From Escherichia phage 4E10, in the sequence record OQ689735.1: 64,000 bases of DNA. One strand, 5' to 3'. A program made the position numbers and the translations under genes. Shown in pieces: positions 60,190 to 64,000 of this stretch. The notes below the pieces were generated by a model. The model made no database searches, had not been told where the DNA came from, and saw nothing but the letters and a program-made list of their open reading frames with translations. Each line of letters opens with the position of its first letter. Position 1 is the first letter of the stretch.

Positions 60190-61025
60190 TAGAATGCTCC
60201 TTGGAAAATATTATCACCACCAGTAGGTCTATTATACAAATACTCTATGCCACCAGGTTTAATATAGTTCCATGTCTGAAACGGATGTGTCTGATATGGA
60301 TGATATAGATTATAAGGATTAAATCCAGGAGTTCTCCAGGTAGTGTTCCAAGGAAAAGAATCATTTTTAATCATCTTTTCAATTACATCTTTTATAGCTT
60401 TTTCACTATCAAAACTTTCTTTATTTTCCTTCGATGGAAAAAGCTTATTCTCTACATCATTCCATGTATAAACTCGCTGCGCAGTTTTTGGAATACTGTC
60501 ACGCTCCCCTCGAGCCATCCAATAAACAGGAACATTTAATATTTCACTCGCGTGATCGCAGTGGTGAGCGAGATCGTCAATATAACAAATTACGTTATAT
60601 TTCTCTTTTGCCTTTTTGAACAACTCTTCTTTTGAAGAATCATGACCACACATCAATACTTCTGAGAAGGCACCAGGAAAAAGAGCATTCAAATTAAATT
60701 GACGATTTAGCAGAGCGTCAATAGAATCACCCAATGCTGTAACAGCTACAAAATTATAATCTTCTTTTAATTTGTTAATTACACACAGGGCATCTTTATA
60801 CGGAGACAAGTAACGAATAAAATCTGAACGATTGTATTTTTCAATTAACTTGACACCAAGTTCTTCATCGCAATTAAAGAGCTTACCAGGAGAAATAAAT
60901 TTTTCGTCCTGAATCATTTTTAAAATATGTTCCAACGGAAGATTATATTTTTGGGCAAAATAAGGAAGACCTGATTGCCAGCTTAAACATACACCATCAA
61001 TATCAGTTAAAATAGTAGGCTTCAT
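60189..61025 (-). CDS. HAD-superfamily hydrolase-like protein
   Basis: 278 aa; N-terminal DIDGV motif typical of HAD motif I; otherwise unverified. Confidence 0.5.
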   Translation of the reverse strand: MKPTILTDIDGVCLSWQSGLPYFAQKYNLPLEHILKMIQDEKFISPGKLFNCDEELGVKLIEKYNRSDFIRYLSPYKDALCVINKLKEDYNFVAVTALGDSIDALLNRQFNLNALFPGAFSEVLMCGHDSSKEELFKKAKEKYNVICYIDDLAHHCDHASEILNVPVYWMARGERDSIPKTAQRVYTWNDVENKLFPSKENKESFDSEKAIKDVIEKMIKNDSFPWNTTWRTPGFNPYNLYHPYQTHPFQTWNYIKPGGIEYLYNRPTGGDNIFQGAF

Positions 61026-61486
61026 AGAGAGTCTCTTAATAGGTTTAACACATCAATAAATTCAGCTTCAGTTAGTATTGTATCATCTTTTGTTAGACCA
61101 CTAGCCATGCTGTGCTTCAAAACTTTTCCTTTCGAGGCTTGTAATGCATCACGAAAGCCCTTGTTTTGGATCGCTGCCTCAAAATACGCATTTGTGTATA
61201 ATTCTTTCCAGGCTGGGGAGTATCTTGAAAACGGAACTCCAAGCCAGAAGAGGGTCCCACGGTCCTGAGCTCTAGCATAAGACCTTCCAGCTTGTTGGGC
61301 GGCAAGCCCGGATAACCCAAATATACGTCTTTGCTGTTCAACATTTTTCACCTTACATCCTTGGAGGAATCCTTCGAGACCTCCAAATTGAATGCCATCC
61401 ATAACGAAAGGCCAATAGGCGAAATTACTTAATGCACATGATGGCCACCTAAAATTACTTCTAATCTCTAACTCAGACATTTTCAA
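61022..61486 (-). CDS. NADAR (YbiA/DUF1768)-like protein, candidate ADP-ribose-processing enzyme
   Basis: 154 aa; N-terminal SCALSNFAYWPFVMDGIQFGGLEGFLQGCKV resembles the NADAR signature as remembered. Confidence 0.45.
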   Translation of the reverse strand: MKMSELEIRSNFRWPSCALSNFAYWPFVMDGIQFGGLEGFLQGCKVKNVEQQRRIFGLSGLAAQQAGRSYARAQDRGTLFWLGVPFSRYSPAWKELYTNAYFEAAIQNKGFRDALQASKGKVLKHSMASGLTKDDTILTEAEFIDVLNLLRDSL

Positions 61487-61679
61487 TGCTTATAATTTCA
61501 ACATCAGCCCAATGACCATAGTTTGGTAGACGAAATTCAACTGGCCAGTCACTGCCTTTTTCTAATATAATAGACTCAACTTGCGGTTCTTCATGTTCAT
61601 CAGTATATGGATTTTTATCTGTTACTTTATATGTGACCTTAATGTACTGAATTCCAAAAATCTTATTAATTATATTCAT
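61473..61679 (-). CDS. hypothetical small protein
   Basis: 68-aa ORF. Confidence 0.5.
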   Translation of the reverse strand: MNIINKIFGIQYIKVTYKVTDKNPYTDEHEEPQVESIILEKGSDWPVEFRLPNYGHWADVEIISIENV

Positions 61680-61873
61680 ACTAATTCCTTTAATCCGTAA
61701 ATAGGAGATAATTCATCACCCATACGAAGGTCTTCATTTCCATCTACCCAGGAAACAATATAAGCCTCTTTTATTTGAACACCACTCCATTTAAATGGAG
61801 GTAGAACCTTAGAAATTAATCCAGGTATACCAACTTCCTTTAATTCAACAGTTTGACCTAAAAAGAATTTCAT
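61676..61873 (-). CDS. hypothetical small protein
   Basis: 65-aa ORF. Confidence 0.5.
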   Translation of the reverse strand: MKFFLGQTVELKEVGIPGLISKVLPPFKWSGVQIKEAYIVSWVDGNEDLRMGDELSPIYGLKELV

Positions 61874-62160
61874 CAGAACCTCATCTGAAAGCCGTGTGAT
61901 TTAACATTACCGCCGCCAATATCAGAAATATTAATTTCACACGCAATTGAAGGGTCAATGTCAATTTCACGATTAAGTTTAGCGATAGCTAAAGTATCAC
62001 GCCCATTTACTGTACGGAATTCTAAAGGACAAACCACATCAACATAATTTTTAATCGATTCACTGGTAGGTTGCAAATGAGCAGGAAGGTCTTTAGGCGC
62101 CTTAGAGAAAACAACTTCACAGAAATTTTTGCGGGTATCAAAATAAGTAGTCATAAACAT
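61873..62160 (-). CDS. hypothetical protein
   Basis: ORF 61873..62211; likely start ATG 62160 (MFMTTYFD) with GAGGAAAA SD; the track's 5' extension runs through an intergenic hairpin. Confidence 0.5.
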   Translation of the reverse strand: MFMTTYFDTRKNFCEVVFSKAPKDLPAHLQPTSESIKNYVDVVCPLEFRTVNGRDTLAIAKLNREIDIDPSIACEINISDIGGGNVKSHGFQMRF

Positions 62161-62177
62161 AGTATTTTCCTCAGTAA

Positions 62178-62200
62178 GGGGCCGAAGCCCCTGTTTTATT
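62178..62200. terminator. intergenic GGGGCCGAAGCCCC hairpin (terminator-like on the plus strand, stability element on the minus strand)
   Basis: perfect hairpin; the T-run follows on the plus strand only, although flanking genes are minus-strand. Confidence 0.35.
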
Positions 62201-62566
62201 TTAAATATCAAATTCGTTAAGAACTACATCAAAGATTGCTTCAAGATGCTCAGGTTTAGCTCTGTTACTCAAAATATGACGAATCCAAGTTTTAACCAGA
62301 AGCTTACGATTAGCGCCATTCCAGCAAGGATGGGTCCCTAAATCGCGTTGACGAAAATCATCATCCAGAGCGATTTTAAAGTTGGAACCTTCCATTGTGA
62401 TTGAAACCGTGATGCCATTTTCAAATCGCATATAAACGTAATTAGGAGTCATATACTGTTCAATTTCGCATACTGATCCATTTTGATGTTTCCAAAGGCA
62501 AATAGTATCAATAGAACCTGCAATACCATTAGAAACATATTTACGTTCAAAGTTGATGTAGTTCAT
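62201..62566 (-). CDS. hypothetical protein
   Basis: 121-aa ORF with SD; early promoter with inverted repeat upstream. Confidence 0.55.
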   Translation of the reverse strand: MNYINFERKYVSNGIAGSIDTICLWKHQNGSVCEIEQYMTPNYVYMRFENGITVSITMEGSNFKIALDDDFRQRDLGTHPCWNGANRKLLVKTWIRHILSNRAKPEHLEAIFDVVLNEFDI

Positions 62567-62599
62567 TTTTATTCTCCGAGATGTTTAATTGCGGTACAG

Positions 62600-62634
62600 G
62601 TATATAATATCATATCCTGTACCAAAGTAAACAA
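62600..62634 (-). promoter_or_regulatory. T4 early-type promoter embedded in an inverted repeat
   Basis: minus strand GTTTAC, 17 bp, TATTAT; inverted repeat GGTACAGG (62593-62600) / CCTGTACC (62616-62623) flanks the -10 region. Confidence 0.45.
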
Positions 62635-62967
62635 TTATTTTACTACTTTCCAGTGCTTCATGTCAAGTTTACCAACTTTTTTCATCTTCTCAATCAAACG
62701 TTCGGCACGTTGGCGAGCTGTAACATAATACCATTCGCCTAATTCATTTTGTTCAATTTTTCCAACGATTACTGTATTCAATTCATAAATCCAACCAGTA
62801 AAGAAATTATGAACTTGAATTGTAAAGGTGAAATCTGTTCCCATACCTTCTGTTGTTTCTACTTCAATAATATCACCTTCAACTGCCATTAAGAACCACA
62901 TAGTTTCATCATATTTACCATTGAAGCATTTAGTTTTAACTGCAGCGTTCAGATTAATCGTTTTCAT
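62635..62967 (-). CDS. hypothetical protein
   Basis: 110-aa ORF with AAAGGAGAA SD; early promoter 62990-63026 upstream. Confidence 0.55.
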   Translation of the reverse strand: MKTINLNAAVKTKCFNGKYDETMWFLMAVEGDIIEVETTEGMGTDFTFTIQVHNFFTGWIYELNTVIVGKIEQNELGEWYYVTARQRAERLIEKMKKVGKLDMKHWKVVK

Positions 62968-62989
62968 TTTATTCTCCTTTGTTTGTGTA

Positions 62990-63026
62990 AGATAATACTA
63001 TCACAAAGGAACCATACTGTAAACAA
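62990..63026 (-). promoter_or_regulatory. T4 early-type promoter
   Basis: minus strand GTTTACA, 18 bp, TGaTAGTAT; same motif family as the 6142 and 6508 promoters. Confidence 0.5.
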
Positions 63027-63041
63027 CTTTGTGCAATCTTT

Positions 63042-63073
63042 GGAAAATAAAAAAGGACTCCCGAAGGAGTCCT
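63042..63073 (-). terminator. terminator after the small basic-protein gene
   Basis: minus-strand AGGACUCC-UUCG-GGAGUCCU hairpin followed by UUUUUUAUUUU. Confidence 0.6.
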
Positions 63074-63077
63074 TAAC

Positions 63078-63254
63078 TTATGCTTTCTGCTTACCAAAAC
63101 GAGAAGCATCATCTCTAAGAACCGCACGTGCTCGGCGCATGATCTTCTCAACAGTTTGATTGATACGAGAGTTCGACCCACGCTTGTAGCCAGCGCGTTT
63201 AGAATCACCAACTTTCTTTTCAACTGCTTTCTTTGCTTTAGCTTGTTTTGCCAT
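63078..63254 (-). CDS. small basic protein
   Basis: 58 aa from ATG 63254 (MAKQAKAKKAVEKK...); terminator directly after the stop. Confidence 0.5.
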   Translation of the reverse strand: MAKQAKAKKAVEKKVGDSKRAGYKRGSNSRINQTVEKIMRRARAVLRDDASRFGKQKA

Positions 63255-63498
63255 TATAAATTCTCTTTTAAATGAAAATGCAGGACTTATTGGCATTGCC
63301 TGCGCAAGCCCTCAAGGGGAACGTAGGTTTTTGGATATTTAACGACAGGATAACCATAAACCCGTCATCATTCACATTCAAGAGGTACACCATAAAACTG
63401 CCGGGGTCTTAAAACTATAATGATTCGCAAATCATTAATCAGACAGTTCGATGGCTCCTCGATTTTAGCTCACACTAAGGCAGTGAATCTCCAATAAA

Positions 63499-63747
63499 TT
63501 ACTTCAGTGTTACCACAAAGTGACGAACTGCTTTTCGTGCAGCAGAAGCCAGAGGCTTAGCATACTTAAGTTCATCTTTTTCCTGAAGCTCAGCAGCTAA
63601 TGCAGTTTGAGCAGGATTCAGATGTTTGAAATAACGCAGGATTTCAAGAGCTTCGGCTTCAACATCAATAGATGCGCCATAGTTTTCGTGACCATTATTC
63701 CATGCGTTTCGTTGCAGTTCAAGAGCGTGTTGTAATTGTTTAATCAT
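63499..63747 (-). CDS. rIII: lysis-inhibition accessory protein rIII-like
   Basis: 82 aa, size and position (between gene 30 block and gene 31) match T4 rIII; assignment from memory. Confidence 0.6.
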   Translation of the reverse strand: MIKQLQHALELQRNAWNNGHENYGASIDVEAEALEILRYFKHLNPAQTALAAELQEKDELKYAKPLASAARKAVRHFVVTLK

Positions 63748-63886
63748 TTAAAAATTCTCGTTAGAGATTAAAACTCGGTAGTCACGTTCTTCTGAATTTC
63801 ATCTTCTTTCGACAGATCTCTCAGTTGTAGACTACCACATAGAATTGTTCGGTTAACTTATTATTCCGACACCCAATTCATATTAT

Positions 63887-63894
63887 TATTTATA
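63887..63894 (-). promoter_or_regulatory. late promoter-like element upstream of rIII
   Basis: TATAAATA on the minus strand abutting the stop of the partial gene 31, 140 bp upstream of rIII. Confidence 0.4.
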
Positions 63895-64000
63895 TCACTT
63901 ATAAAGACACGGAATAGCTTTATAGTGACAAGTAACGAATTTTTGTTTAATTTCTTTTGGCTGCTTAAGACCCAGAGCTACAAAAGGATGCGGAACATTT
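63895..64000 (-). CDS. 31: 3' end of a gene running off the window, probably co-chaperonin gene 31
   Basis: open minus-strand frame from the window edge to TGA at 63897-63895 (...[34 protein letters not shown]); position corresponds to T4 gene 31. Confidence 0.4.

Overview
This window reads as a contiguous segment of a T4-like (T-even, Tequatrovirus-type) myophage genome, identified by reading ORFs and motifs and comparing with remembered T4 proteins; no database search was run. Layout: (i) 1-6200, a minus-strand early accessory region with small hypothetical genes, a PspA/IM30-like coiled-coil gene, a capsid-targeted internal-protein-like gene bracketed by identical terminator hairpins, and an 11-tRNA cluster with an embedded ORF and a tRNA-like stable-RNA candidate; (ii) 6196-9929 minus strand, ipI, 57B, 57A, 1, 3, 2, 4; (iii) 9977-39884 plus strand, the late structural module 53, 5, 5.1, 5.4, 6-12, wac, 13-20, 67, 68, 21-24; (iv) 39914-47404, rnlB, hoc (with an internal 288-bp tandem duplication), inh, uvsW, uvsW.1, uvsY and 25, 26; (v) 47455-53694 plus strand, baseplate hub and tail genes 51, 27, 28, 29, 48, 54; (vi) 53723-64000 minus strand, two tandem Alt-like ADP-ribosyltransferase genes, DNA ligase (30), a HAD-like and a NADAR-like gene, small early ORFs, rIII and the probable 3' end of gene 31. 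T4-type early (GTTTAC -35), middle (MotA box) and late (TATAAATA) promoters and GNRA/UUCG-tetraloop terminators are visible throughout. No CRISPR array, transposase, integrase or homing endonuclease was found. The most interesting candidates are the early operon carrying a PspA/IM30-like gene followed by small membrane proteins, and the hairpin-bracketed internal-protein cassette.
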